From assembly GCA_023388605.1 (NCBI GenBank), contig JAEWFX010000062.1, positions 1-54,205 on the forward strand: 54,205 nucleotides of DNA, given 5' to 3'. This DNA is from Bacillota bacterium (lineage in GTDB: Bacteria > Bacillota > Clostridia > Saccharofermentanales > DTU023). The notes below the pieces were generated by a model that saw only the letters and a list, made by a program, of their open reading frames with translations, made no database searches and had not been told where the DNA came from. A program made the position numbers and the translations under genes. Shown here piece by piece: positions 7,986 through 17,277 of the stretch (within the stretch, counting starts at the first letter, position 1; each line of letters begins with the position of its first letter).

Positions 7986-10490
7986 ATGGAAATTAAAGTT
8001 GCTAAATCAGCTGGATTTTGTTTCGGCGTCAAAGAAGCAGTAAAAACTGCAGAAGAAATGCTCAGAGCAGGCCAGAAAGTCGATATGCTCGGAGAGATAG
8101 TACACAATCAAGATGTTGTGTCTGAATTATGCGAAGCAGGATCTACTCTGTACAAGGAATTGTCAGATGTGCCGGAAAAAGCACAGGTGATTATCCGTGC
8201 CCACGGCGTACCTCCACAAACTATTGAACATTTACAGAAATGTCAGTGCCAGATAGTAGACAAAACCTGTCCTTATGTGAGTAAAATTCATAAATTAGCT
8301 GATCAGGCCGATAAAGAGGGGAAAGATGTGATCATTGTCGGCAATCCTAAGCATCCAGAAATTATAGGTATTGCAGGTTATGTCCGCCGACAAAATTGTT
8401 ACATAGTTAACAATTTAGAAGAAGCCAAAATTTTAGTTGAACAGCTAGAAAATGATGACAAGCTCGATCGTGAATATATTTTGCTGGCACAGACTACCTT
8501 TGAGCAAGATAAATTCACACAAATAAAAGAAATTATTAAAAATAAAGTTGTAACTTTGGTGGTTTTTGATACAATATGTTACACGACTAAGTATAGGCAA
8601 AATGAAGCTATTGAATTAGCAAAAAACTCTGATATTGTCTTCGTTATCGGAGGCGAACACAGCTCAAATACTGCTAAGTTAGCTGAAGTGGCGTCTAAAC
8701 ATTGTCGTGAAACATATTTAATTCAACGGCCGGCACAAGTTGCCGAGATCATCGGTAGCAGAGATTTGACAAATCTGCATATTGGGATCACAGCAGGAGC
8801 ATCTACACCGGAGCGTATGATCAGGGAGGTTATACAAGTAATGTCAGAACAAGATTTGCGTAATCAGCAAACAGAGGAACAAACAGCAGTTAATGAGGTC
8901 GCCGAGGAGAATCAAGTATCTAATGAGACTATAGCGACAGAGACTGTTGAGGTTTTAACTCCGGAAGATGTTGTCGGTACTGAAGAAAAAGAAGTGAAGG
9001 AAGAACCGGTCTCAGATGATATTGATTTCTCTGAGTTTATCGATAGTATTCCTCAACTAAAACGTGGTTCGACTGTCAAAGGTCGTATCGTTCGCTATGA
9101 TGACGATTTTGTCTATGTCGATGTCAAAGATAAGACTGAAGGACGTATCAATCGCCGCGAATTTGTCAGCGATTCAACTTTTGATCTCGATCAAGCAGTT
9201 GCCAATCAACAAACCATCGATGTCTATGTACGCAATATCCGCAACAACGAGCACGACAAGGAAATTCTTCTGAGCAAAGCTCGTGTGGATTTCAGCAAGC
9301 ATAAGGAAGCTATCGAGAAAGCATACAAAGAACAGACCCCTGTACAAGTTAAGGTCGTCAATACCGTCAAAGATGGTGTTATCGCCAGCTTCGGTAGCGT
9401 TGATCTCTACATTCACAGAACTCAACTGGAATTACAGATCGTCGAAGATTTGGAGCAATATGTCGGTCAAACTTTAGAGGTCATGATCACTCAGTTCGAC
9501 AATCAGGGCAAGAAGTTGCGTGTCTCCGGTTCACGCCGTGCACTCTTACAAAAAGCCCGTCATGAGCGTTCACGCCAAGTATGGGACAGCATTGAAATCG
9601 GCAAAGAGTATGAGGGTGTTGTCCGTAATCTAACTGATTTCGGTGCCTTCATCGATTTAGATGGTGTAGATGGTTTGGTTCATATCAGCGAACTGTCATG
9701 GGATCGCATCAAACATCCTTCAGAAGTTGTCAGTGTCGGCGATCATCTAAGTGTTTTTGTCAAAGATTTTGACCGTGAGAAGAAACGTATCTCGCTTGGT
9801 TTCAGACGTCCTGAGAACGATCCATACTACATGGTCGAAGAGAGATTCCCTGTCGGAAGCATTGTACGTGGTGTGGTTGTGAGAATGTTGCCTTTTGGTG
9901 CCTTCGTCGAGATCGCACCTGGTGTCGACGCTCTCTGTCATATCTCACAGATCTCTACCTATCGTTTAAATCGTCCCAGTGATGTCCTTAAAGAAGGTAT
10001 GGAAGTCGATGCGCGCGTCTTAGAAGTCAGCAATGCTGAACGCAAGGTTTCAATCAGCATTAAAGAGGTTGAGCCCATCAATCCTGAGCGCCCTGAACCT
10101 TCAGAGCAAACAGAGAAAAAGGTCAACAAAAAACCTCGCCGTCAACGTCAGAAGAATGAGCCCGATAAGTTGCCTACTACTTATGTGGATCAGGAATCAG
10201 GTTCAACCCTTTCATCACTCGCGAATTTCACTTTTAGCGATGAGGAGAGTGCAGAAGCTCTGGGTCTGATCAATCACGAAGAAAAACATGAGGAAGTAGT
10301 AGAAGAAGTTACAACTGATACTACTGAAGTCAACGTCAAAGCTCCTGTCAGCGATTTAGAGTTGCTCAAAGAAGAAACTGTTGAAGCTACACAAGCAGAA
10401 GCAGTTGTCGATGAAGCTGAAGTAGCTGAAGAAGCACCAGTCACTGGTGAAGATGGCGACGCAACTGTCGAACAAGGACACAGCCTATAA
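7986..10490 (+). CDS. ispH: Bifunctional 4-hydroxy-3-methylbut-2-enyl diphosphate reductase (IspH) / ribosomal protein S1 fusion
   Basis: The N-terminal ~285 aa carry the IspH Cys ligands (GFCFGV, CPYV, ICYTT). A Q/E-rich linker follows, then four S1 repeats (e.g. GVVRNLTDFGAFIDLDGVDGLVHISEL and GVVVRMLPFGAFVEIAPGVDALCHISQI) and an acidic tail. Confidence 0.9.
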   Translation: MEIKVAKSAGFCFGVKEAVKTAEEMLRAGQKVDMLGEIVHNQDVVSELCEAGSTLYKELSDVPEKAQVIIRAHGVPPQTIEHLQKCQCQIVDKTCPYVSKIHKLADQADKEGKDVIIVGNPKHPEIIGIAGYVRRQNCYIVNNLEEAKILVEQLENDDKLDREYILLAQTTFEQDKFTQIKEIIKNKVVTLVVFDTICYTTKYRQNEAIELAKNSDIVFVIGGEHSSNTAKLAEVASKHCRETYLIQRPAQVAEIIGSRDLTNLHIGITAGASTPERMIREVIQVMSEQDLRNQQTEEQTAVNEVAEENQVSNETIATETVEVLTPEDVVGTEEKEVKEEPVSDDIDFSEFIDSIPQLKRGSTVKGRIVRYDDDFVYVDVKDKTEGRINRREFVSDSTFDLDQAVANQQTIDVYVRNIRNNEHDKEILLSKARVDFSKHKEAIEKAYKEQTPVQVKVVNTVKDGVIASFGSVDLYIHRTQLELQIVEDLEQYVGQTLEVMITQFDNQGKKLRVSGSRRALLQKARHERSRQVWDSIEIGKEYEGVVRNLTDFGAFIDLDGVDGLVHISELSWDRIKHPSEVVSVGDHLSVFVKDFDREKKRISLGFRRPENDPYYMVEERFPVGSIVRGVVVRMLPFGAFVEIAPGVDALCHISQISTYRLNRPSDVLKEGMEVDARVLEVSNAERKVSISIKEVEPINPERPEPSEQTEKKVNKKPRRQRQKNEPDKLPTTYVDQESGSTLSSLANFTFSDEESAEALGLINHEEKHEEVVEEVTTDTTEVNVKAPVSDLELLKEETVEATQAEAVVDEAEVAEEAPVTGEDGDATVEQGHSL

Positions 10491-10508
10491 ACAAATATCC
10501 TTAATTTT

Positions 10509-10540
10509 AAGCACTGCCACTTTTGGCAGTGCTTTTTTGT
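10509..10540 (+). terminator. Rho-independent terminator after ispH-S1
   Basis: 9-bp stem GCACTGCCA/TGGCAGTGC, 4-nt loop, then TTTTTT. Confidence 0.7.
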
Positions 10541-10568
10541 TGCTGATTTTATGCTTCTATGCTATTAT
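10540..10568 (+). promoter_or_regulatory. Candidate promoter of the rpsB-tsf operon
   Basis: TTGCTG, 17 nt spacer, TATTAT, about 78 nt upstream of the rpsB ATG. Confidence 0.45.
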
Positions 10569-10646
10569 CTTGCACGGTAATACACACATGTGTTGGATCT
10601 TCCTGTACTTGGAAACAGCACATGGAGGAATAAACAGGAGGACAAT

Positions 10647-11423
10647 ATGTCAGTTGTAAGCATGAAACAACTATTGGAAAGTGGTGTTCATTTTGGTCAC
10701 CAGACTCGCCGTTGGAATCCCAAAATGGCTGAGTACATCTTCGCAGAGAGAAATGGTATCTACATTATCGACCTGCAAAAAACCTTACATCAAATCGAAA
10801 AAGCCTATGATTTCATCCGTGATCTCGCGATGAAAGGTGGCAACATTCTCTTCATCGGTACTAAAAAGCAAGCTCAAGATTCTATCAGAGAAGAAGCAGA
10901 GCGTTGCGGTATGTACTATGTCAACAACCGTTGGTTGGGTGGTACTATGACTAACTACACTACCATCAAAAAGCGTATCCGCCGTCTGCGTGAACTCGAA
11001 GAGATGGAAGAGAATGGCATGTTCGATGTTCTGCCTAAGCAGGAAGTTGTTAAACTACAACTCGAAGAAGTTAAATTAGAGAAAAACCTCGGCGGTATCA
11101 AAGATATGCCCGGTTTACCTGATGCTGTCTTCGTAGTTGATCCGAAAAAGGAGCATATCGCTGTGGCTGAAGCTCGTCGTCTGGGTATCCCCATTGTCGC
11201 CATCGTCGATACTAATTGTGATCCTGAAGAAGTTGATCATGTTATTCCCGGTAATGATGACGCTATCAGAGCTATCAAACTGATCGTCTCTGCTATGGCT
11301 GATGCTGTTATCGAAGGCCACCAAGGCGAGCAGTTTGACGCTGGTGAAGAAACTACTGAAGAAACTGATACAGTTACCGAAGAAGTCGAGACTGAAGAAA
11401 CAACCGAGTCTTTTGAAGAATAA
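10647..11423 (+). CDS. rpsB: 30S ribosomal protein S2
   Basis: [19 protein letters not shown] is present. The ATG at 10647 is preceded by AGGAGG. I judge the ORF-track extension from 10590 spurious. The protein has an acidic C-terminal tail. Confidence 0.95.
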   Translation: MSVVSMKQLLESGVHFGHQTRRWNPKMAEYIFAERNGIYIIDLQKTLHQIEKAYDFIRDLAMKGGNILFIGTKKQAQDSIREEAERCGMYYVNNRWLGGTMTNYTTIKKRIRRLRELEEMEENGMFDVLPKQEVVKLQLEEVKLEKNLGGIKDMPGLPDAVFVVDPKKEHIAVAEARRLGIPIVAIVDTNCDPEEVDHVIPGNDDAIRAIKLIVSAMADAVIEGHQGEQFDAGEETTEETDTVTEEVETEETTESFEE

Positions 11424-11435
11424 TAAGGAGGCTTT

Positions 11436-12092
11436 ATGGCTATCACAGCACAAATGGTAAAAGAACTGCGTGAAAAAACTGGCGCAGGTATGATGGATTG
11501 CAAAAAAGCTCTGTCTGAGAGCAATGGTGATATGGACAAGGCCATTGATTGGTTGCGTACAAAAGGTATCGCCAGTGCTGAGAAGAAATCCTCTCGTGCT
11601 GCTGTTGAGGGTATTGTTGAACCCTATATTCACAAAGTAGATGGCATCGGTCGTGTCGGTGTTTTGTTAGAGCTCAACATCGAAACTGATTTCGCTGCTA
11701 AGAATGAGAATTTCCAAGCTTTAGCTCGTGATCTCGCTATGCAAGTAGCTGCTATGAATCCGGGCTGGGTTTCAGCTGATGAAGTTCCTGAAGATGTGCT
11801 AGAGCGTGAGCGTTCTATTGCTCGTGAGCAAGCTCTGAATGAAGGAAAACCAGAAGCCATCCTCGATCGTATCGTCGAAGGTCGTCTCAAAAAATTCTAT
11901 GCTGACAATTGCTTGATGAACCAATCCTTTATCAAGGACGATAGCAAGACTATCGAAACCTTAGTCAAAGAGATGATCGGTTCTATCGGCGAGAATATCA
12001 AAGTACGTCGTTTTGTACGTTTTGAAGTCGGTGAGGGACTCGAGAAAAAAGAAGAGAACTTCGCTGAAGAAGTTGCCAAACAGATCAAGTAA
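11436..12092 (+). CDS. tsf: Elongation factor Ts (short ~218-aa form)
   Basis: N-terminal UBA-like AQMVKELREKTGAGMMDCKKAL, and synteny after rpsB. Confidence 0.9.
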   Translation: MAITAQMVKELREKTGAGMMDCKKALSESNGDMDKAIDWLRTKGIASAEKKSSRAAVEGIVEPYIHKVDGIGRVGVLLELNIETDFAAKNENFQALARDLAMQVAAMNPGWVSADEVPEDVLERERSIAREQALNEGKPEAILDRIVEGRLKKFYADNCLMNQSFIKDDSKTIETLVKEMIGSIGENIKVRRFVRFEVGEGLEKKEENFAEEVAKQIK

Positions 12093-12107
12093 TAAATGTT
12101 TATATTG

Positions 12108-12137
12108 AGGACCGTCAGAAATGGCGGTCTTTTTTTG
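12108..12137 (+). terminator. Rho-independent terminator after tsf
   Basis: Stem GACCGTCA/TGGCGGTC (one G-U pair), GAAA loop, then a T7 run. Confidence 0.6.
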
Positions 12138-12152
12138 TAGAAAGAGAGAAAT

Positions 12153-12854
12153 ATGCAGTACAAACGTATTCTACTCAAAATTAGTGGTGAGTCTTTAGCA
12201 GGCTCGAAGAAGATGGGCATAGATGAGGAAACTGTATCTAAGTATGCTGAGGTAATCAAAGAGCTGGTAGATATGGGAACTCAGGTCGGCATTGTGGTCG
12301 GCGGTGGAAATTTTTGGCGTGGACGCTCCAATCCAGGTATGGAGAGAGTGACTGCCGATCAGATTGGTATGCTAGCCACTACAATGAATGCGATGGCTCT
12401 AGCTGATTCTGTTCAGCAATTAGGTGTCGCAACTCGCGTTATGAATGCAGTCAATATGTCTCAGATCTGTGAGCCATATATCCGTCTGCGTGCTGTGCGT
12501 CATCTGGAAAAAGGTCGGGTCTGTATTTTTGCTGGTGGTACGGGTAATCCGTTCTTTACCACGGATTCAGCTGCTGCTCTGCGCGCCTCTGAAATCGGTG
12601 CTGAGGTAATGCTCAAAGCCACACTCGTCGACGGTGTCTACGATGTAGATCCTAACATCGATAAAAATGCCAAACGCTATGATGAACTGACTTTTGATCA
12701 GGTACTGGCACAAAATTTGCGTGTTTTAGATGCTACCGCTGCGGCTCTATGCCGTGACAACAATGTTCCCTTAGTTGTATTCAGCATCACAGAACCATAC
12801 AATATAGTTAAAATTGTTAAAGGTGAAAAGATCGGTACTCTGGTCCGCTCTTAA
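12153..12854 (+). CDS. pyrH: UMP kinase
   Basis: KRILLKISGESLAG, VVGGGNFWRG and GTGNPFFTTDSAAALRA. Confidence 0.95.
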   Translation: MQYKRILLKISGESLAGSKKMGIDEETVSKYAEVIKELVDMGTQVGIVVGGGNFWRGRSNPGMERVTADQIGMLATTMNAMALADSVQQLGVATRVMNAVNMSQICEPYIRLRAVRHLEKGRVCIFAGGTGNPFFTTDSAAALRASEIGAEVMLKATLVDGVYDVDPNIDKNAKRYDELTFDQVLAQNLRVLDATAAALCRDNNVPLVVFSITEPYNIVKIVKGEKIGTLVRS

Positions 12855-12869
12855 TCATTGGAGGTAATT

Positions 12870-13442
12870 ATGGCGAAAATTGAGTTGAGCGCTGAATCAT
12901 TTAAGCACTATGAAGATAAAATGAAAGTCACCATGGAAGTATTGGAGGAAGATTTTAATCAGATACGTGCTGGTCGTGCTAATCCGCGTGTTCTGGATAA
13001 GATTTATATTCAATACTACGGTATGGAGACACCACTCAATCAGGTTGCCAATATTCAAGTGCCCGAAGCTCGTATGATCACCATCACTCCTTGGGAGCCA
13101 ACTGTGCTCAAAGATATAGAAAAAGCCATACAGGTGTCTGATCTCGGCATCAATCCCAACAATGATGGCAAATGCATTAGACTGCTCTTCCCGCAGTTGA
13201 CTGAAGAGCGTCGCCGTGAACTTACTAAGCAAGTGAGCCAATTAGGTGAGGACGCTAAGATCGCCATACGCAATGTTCGCCGTGAAGCTATCGAGCTATT
13301 CCGTGGCTACCTCAAGAAGAATGAGATAGCTGAAGACGATCTCTACTACGGTGAGCAGGAGATGCAGAAAATCACTGATAAATACACGGAAAAAATCGAT
13401 AAAGCTGTCAAAGTCAAAGAGAAGGAATTGCTTGAGATTTAA
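12870..13442 (+). CDS. frr: Ribosome recycling factor
   Basis: IRAGRANPRVLD and typical RRF length. The ATG at 12870 follows GGAGG; the ORF-track start at 12858 is a TTG inside the SD. Confidence 0.95.
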   Translation: MAKIELSAESFKHYEDKMKVTMEVLEEDFNQIRAGRANPRVLDKIYIQYYGMETPLNQVANIQVPEARMITITPWEPTVLKDIEKAIQVSDLGINPNNDGKCIRLLFPQLTEERRRELTKQVSQLGEDAKIAIRNVRREAIELFRGYLKKNEIAEDDLYYGEQEMQKITDKYTEKIDKAVKVKEKELLEI

Positions 13443-14170
13443 TGTCTAGCAGACAAAAACAAAATAATACGCCCGAACATATTGCCATCATTCTTGATGG
13501 CAATGGTCGTTGGGCTAAAAAACGGGGCTTGCCTCGCAAATTTGGTCATCGTCGCGGTTCGGAAAACGTCAAAACTATCTGTGCAGCTTGCATTGAACAA
13601 GGTGTCAAGTATCTGACCGTCTATGCTTTCTCCACCGAGAATTGGCAACGACCTGAAGATGAAGTCAACTCACTGATGCAGCTTGTGATCGACTTTTTTC
13701 GCAAGTATGACGACGAGATGGCTGAACAGGGAATTCGTCTGAGGTTTTCAGGAAATCTAGAGCGTTTACCAGAGAAAACTTTAGCGACTGTACGTGAAGC
13801 TGAGGCGAAATCAGCAGAGAGGGATACTCTACAGTTGATCGTATGCCTCAATTATGGTGGACATGAAGAAATTGCTAGAGCCTGTATTAAAGTGCATGAG
13901 CAATTATCAAAACAGACGAGTCCATTCTCTGTCAGTGATGTCACTGACATGATTCAGAATAATCTTTATATCAACGATGTACCAGCTCCAGATCTTTTGA
14001 TCCGCACAGGTGGTGATATTCGTATCTCCAATTTTCTGTTGTGGGAGATAGCTTATTCTGAGCTGTATTTTACGCCGAAACTGTGGCCTGATTTTTCTGC
14101 CGCAGATTTAGCAGAGGCCATCGATAATTATCGTAGCCGTCAACGTCGTTTTGGTAAAATTAACGAATAG
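13442..14170 (+). CDS. uppS: Undecaprenyl (isoprenyl) diphosphate synthase
   Basis: HIAIILDGNGRWA and RTGGDIRISNFLLWE. It shares a TAATG overlap with frr. Confidence 0.95.
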   Translation: MSSRQKQNNTPEHIAIILDGNGRWAKKRGLPRKFGHRRGSENVKTICAACIEQGVKYLTVYAFSTENWQRPEDEVNSLMQLVIDFFRKYDDEMAEQGIRLRFSGNLERLPEKTLATVREAEAKSAERDTLQLIVCLNYGGHEEIARACIKVHEQLSKQTSPFSVSDVTDMIQNNLYINDVPAPDLLIRTGGDIRISNFLLWEIAYSELYFTPKLWPDFSAADLAEAIDNYRSRQRRFGKINE

Positions 14171-14171
14171 T

Positions 14172-15053
14172 ATGAAACAACGCATTATCACCGGCTTTTT
14201 CTTTGTGCTGGCAGTATTATTATTTCTGATCCCCGGTTATTTCCAGCCACTGAGCTTATGTGCTTTTCTTCTGATCATAAGTGTGGCAGGTTCTTTTGAA
14301 TTGACTAGGGCTTGGTATCATAGAGGACATAAAATCAAAGTGTATTCACTGATTTTAGCTTCGCTTGCTTTGATTCCGCCAGTGATTATCGCAGAGATCG
14401 CACGTCTATATATATCGGTTGAGGCGAATTATACCTACATTACTTGGTCCATACTCAGCAGTTTTATCTGGATTGCTATTATTGGCATAAGTACTTTTTT
14501 TGCCTATTTATTTAAGCGTGGTTTAGATGATCTCAAGTTAGCAGTGATATGTTTTTTATCACAACTATATCTGTCTATACCGCTGAGCCTGGGTGTAGTA
14601 ATGATCTTATTTATACCCAGAGGAGCTATTTGGTTTTATCTGGCCATCCTAACACCTTGGGTCTGTGATACAGCTGCTTATTTTGTTGGTTACTTTTGGG
14701 GCAATAAAAAATGGGTACCTGAATTGAGTCCTAAGAAGACCTTTGCTGGATTTTATGGTGGTCTGATCGGTACAATATTGCTCTATATTATTATTTTCAA
14801 CACTGTCTTCTCGTCTTTGATGCAGGATAACCTTGTCTTACGTTACCACTTGATTATTGGTGGAGGTTTAATCAATGGCTTGCTGGCACAGTTAGGGGAT
14901 CTGGCAGCCTCGACTATCAAGCGGTATACAGGGATCAAGGATTTTTCTAACCTGATGCCTGGACATGGTGGAATCTTAGATCGTTTTGATAGTACTTTTT
15001 TCGTCTTACCAGCTACTTTTTGTTTAGCCTTGATTTTTACTATCGGAGGATAA
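14172..15053 (+). CDS. cdsA: Phosphatidate cytidylyltransferase
   Basis: CDS signature STIKRYTGIKDFSNLMPGHGGILDRFDS in a multipass membrane protein. The ATG at 14172 lies just after the uppS stop. Confidence 0.85.
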   Translation: MKQRIITGFFFVLAVLLFLIPGYFQPLSLCAFLLIISVAGSFELTRAWYHRGHKIKVYSLILASLALIPPVIIAEIARLYISVEANYTYITWSILSSFIWIAIIGISTFFAYLFKRGLDDLKLAVICFLSQLYLSIPLSLGVVMILFIPRGAIWFYLAILTPWVCDTAAYFVGYFWGNKKWVPELSPKKTFAGFYGGLIGTILLYIIIFNTVFSSLMQDNLVLRYHLIIGGGLINGLLAQLGDLAASTIKRYTGIKDFSNLMPGHGGILDRFDSTFFVLPATFCLALIFTIGG

Positions 15054-15054
15054 T

Positions 15055-16203
15055 TTGCTAGTCACAATTTTGGGTTCTACTGGAACTATAGGGAAAAAAG
15101 CTGTAGAGATCTGCGAGCGTTTAGGATTTGAGGTCTTAGGTCTGGCTTGCAATAGCAATATAGATTTGCTCTATCAACAGATTGTCGCAGCAAAGCCTAA
15201 GTATGTGGCGATCGCTGATCCTGTAGCGGCACAGCAATTAAAGCATAGATTATCTGACTTAACTGCTGCTCCACAGCTTTTGGTCGGTGAAAATGCCGCC
15301 TGTGAGTTGGCTGCCATGAAGTGTGATCGTGTGGTGGCTGCCATGGTCGGTTTTATAGGCTTGTTGCCTGTGATTTCAGCGATTGAAGTAGGCAATGATG
15401 TGGCACTTGCGAATAAGGAAACTTTGATCGCTGCAGGTGAAATTATTTTGCCTCTAGCAGAAAAACATCAGGTGGATATTATCCCAGTAGATTCAGAGCA
15501 TTCAGCGATTTTTCAATGCCTTGCTGGCAATCAGAACAATAAAATCAAAAAGATTTTATTAACTGCCTCCGGTGGTCCGTTCCGCAATTTTACAATGGAG
15601 CAACTTACTGAAGTAACAGCTAAAGATGCTCTGGCTCATCCTATTTGGGCTATGGGTTCAAAGATCACCATCGATTCTGCCACGATGATGAATAAAGGTT
15701 TAGAGCTGATAGAAGCCTGTCATCTATTCTCAGTAAGGCCAGATCAAGTAGAAGTGATTGTTCATCCTCAGAGCATCATGCATTCAGCAGTTGAATTTGC
15801 AGATGGCGGTGTGATAGCGCAATTAGGCGTACCAGATATGTATCTGCCTATACAGCTAGCACTCACTTGGCCTTTACGTCAGGAATTGCCGGTGCCACCA
15901 TTAGACATCTTCGCTCAAAATTTAGAGTTTCTTAAGCCTGATTTCGTTAAGTTTCCAGCTTTGCGTTTAGCTACAGAAGCTATTAAAATAGGTGGAACAA
16001 TGCCTTGTATTATGAATGCTGCCAATGAGATAGCAGTGCAGGCATTCCTTGACGCTGAGATCTGCTTCCTACGTATTACTGAAATTATTGAACAAGTTAT
16101 GGATGAGCTGAGTGATCAGGTTAAGTGTGAAAATTTAGACTTAAATGATGTGATAGAAGCTGATGTTTTAGCTAGACAAAGTGCCAAACTTTTACTCAGC
16201 TAG
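15055..16203 (+). CDS. dxr: 1-deoxy-D-xylulose 5-phosphate reductoisomerase
   Basis: ILGSTGTIGKKA, LANKE and DSEHSAIFQC. TTG start with GGAGG 5 nt upstream. Confidence 0.95.
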   Translation: MLVTILGSTGTIGKKAVEICERLGFEVLGLACNSNIDLLYQQIVAAKPKYVAIADPVAAQQLKHRLSDLTAAPQLLVGENAACELAAMKCDRVVAAMVGFIGLLPVISAIEVGNDVALANKETLIAAGEIILPLAEKHQVDIIPVDSEHSAIFQCLAGNQNNKIKKILLTASGGPFRNFTMEQLTEVTAKDALAHPIWAMGSKITIDSATMMNKGLELIEACHLFSVRPDQVEVIVHPQSIMHSAVEFADGGVIAQLGVPDMYLPIQLALTWPLRQELPVPPLDIFAQNLEFLKPDFVKFPALRLATEAIKIGGTMPCIMNAANEIAVQAFLDAEICFLRITEIIEQVMDELSDQVKCENLDLNDVIEADVLARQSAKLLLS

Positions 16204-16221
16204 ATATTAGTATAGGTGAAT

Positions 16222-17277
16222 ATGGGAATTTTAATTGGAATTATTATCCTCAGTTTGATTATGATCATCCATGAAAGTGGTCATTTTATAGCTGGTCGCT
16301 TATTGGGCTTTAGAATCAAGTCATTCAATATATTTATGGGGCCTAAACTCTTTTCGCGACGCGGTAAAGATGGCATCGAATACACATGGCGTCTTTTGCC
16401 GATAGGTGCATCTGTTGCTTTTCACGGTGAAGCAGATGAAGAAGAAGAGCGAGCTAATGTTGATGGTGAAGTGATAGCTGAGGATGATCCGGGATTATTT
16501 TATCGTCGTCCTCGCTGGGCTCGTGCCATCGTCATCGCGATGGGGCCTATGGTCAACTTTATATCTGCCTTTATCGCAACCGCTATCATCGTTGTATGTT
16601 ACGGCGTCACTACTACTCAGGTCGCCGAATTAGTGCCTGGTAGCCGTGCAGAACAAGCGCAGATAGAAGTGGGCGATCAAGTCCTTTCATACAATGGTTA
16701 TAAACTTAATACCATACTCGATCTATCGACTGCTAAGATGATCAGTGATCCTAGCAGTGCAGACTTAAAAATTGAGAAAAGCAATGGTGATATCGTCGAC
16801 TTGCATTTCGATAATCTGAGTGGCGAAACTCCGCTGGGTATTTCTTTTGCTCAAGATAAATCTTTTGGCACAGTTATCCATGAAAGCTTTTACTATCCTC
16901 TGTCTATTGTGCGCTCGACTATACATGGTCTAGCCATGATGATCAGAGGAGAGATCGCAGCAAAGGATGGCCTAGCTGGTCCTATAGGGATTGTCAATTT
17001 AGTCGATCAGTCGGTGGAGGCAGGCGGTGGTTTTGCCATCGTCATGTATCGTTTATTGATGATTTTTGTGCTTTTATCTACAGCTATTGGCTTCACTAAT
17101 CTATTGCCCATACCACCGTTGGATGGACACCTTTTGTCAGTGATTCTGATTGAAGCGATTATCCGTCGCGACTTGCCGCCTAAATTTAAGCAAGCTGTGG
17201 TTTTGGCTGGCTTTGTACTGATGATAGCTCTGGCAGCTTATGTAATATATCTAGATGTGACAAGGTTAATTGCATGA
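16222..17277 (+). CDS. rseP: RIP zinc metalloprotease RseP/YluC type (M50 with PDZ domain)
   Basis: HESGH in TM1, a central PDZ-like segment (GSRAEQAQIEVGDQVLSYNG) and NLLPIPPLDG. The alternative start is GTG at 16216. Confidence 0.85.
   Translation: MGILIGIIILSLIMIIHESGHFIAGRLLGFRIKSFNIFMGPKLFSRRGKDGIEYTWRLLPIGASVAFHGEADEEEERANVDGEVIAEDDPGLFYRRPRWARAIVIAMGPMVNFISAFIATAIIVVCYGVTTTQVAELVPGSRAEQAQIEVGDQVLSYNGYKLNTILDLSTAKMISDPSSADLKIEKSNGDIVDLHFDNLSGETPLGISFAQDKSFGTVIHESFYYPLSIVRSTIHGLAMMIRGEIAAKDGLAGPIGIVNLVDQSVEAGGGFAIVMYRLLMIFVLLSTAIGFTNLLPIPPLDGHLLSVILIEAIIRRDLPPKFKQAVVLAGFVLMIALAAYVIYLDVTRLIA

Noticed and set aside
10447-10659. A 70-aa plus-strand ORF spanning the end of ispH-S1, the terminator and the rpsB promoter/leader.
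   Set aside because: It runs straight through a strong terminator hairpin and the promoter. The ORF-track rpsB extension from 10590 is also rejected, in favour of the SD-preceded ATG at 10647.
11115-11633. A 172-aa ORF, plus a 102-aa ORF at 11237-11545, on the minus strand across the rpsB/tsf junction.
   Set aside because: They are fully antisense to two highly conserved ribosomal/translation genes. Their translations are low-complexity (Ser/Phe/Ile-rich) with no recognisable motif or SD. These are typical shadow ORFs.
11436-12092. EF-Ts is only 218 aa, against about 280-300 aa in E. coli and B. subtilis.
   Set aside because: Short EF-Ts forms of about 200-220 aa are well known in several bacterial groups, so I do not consider this anomalous.
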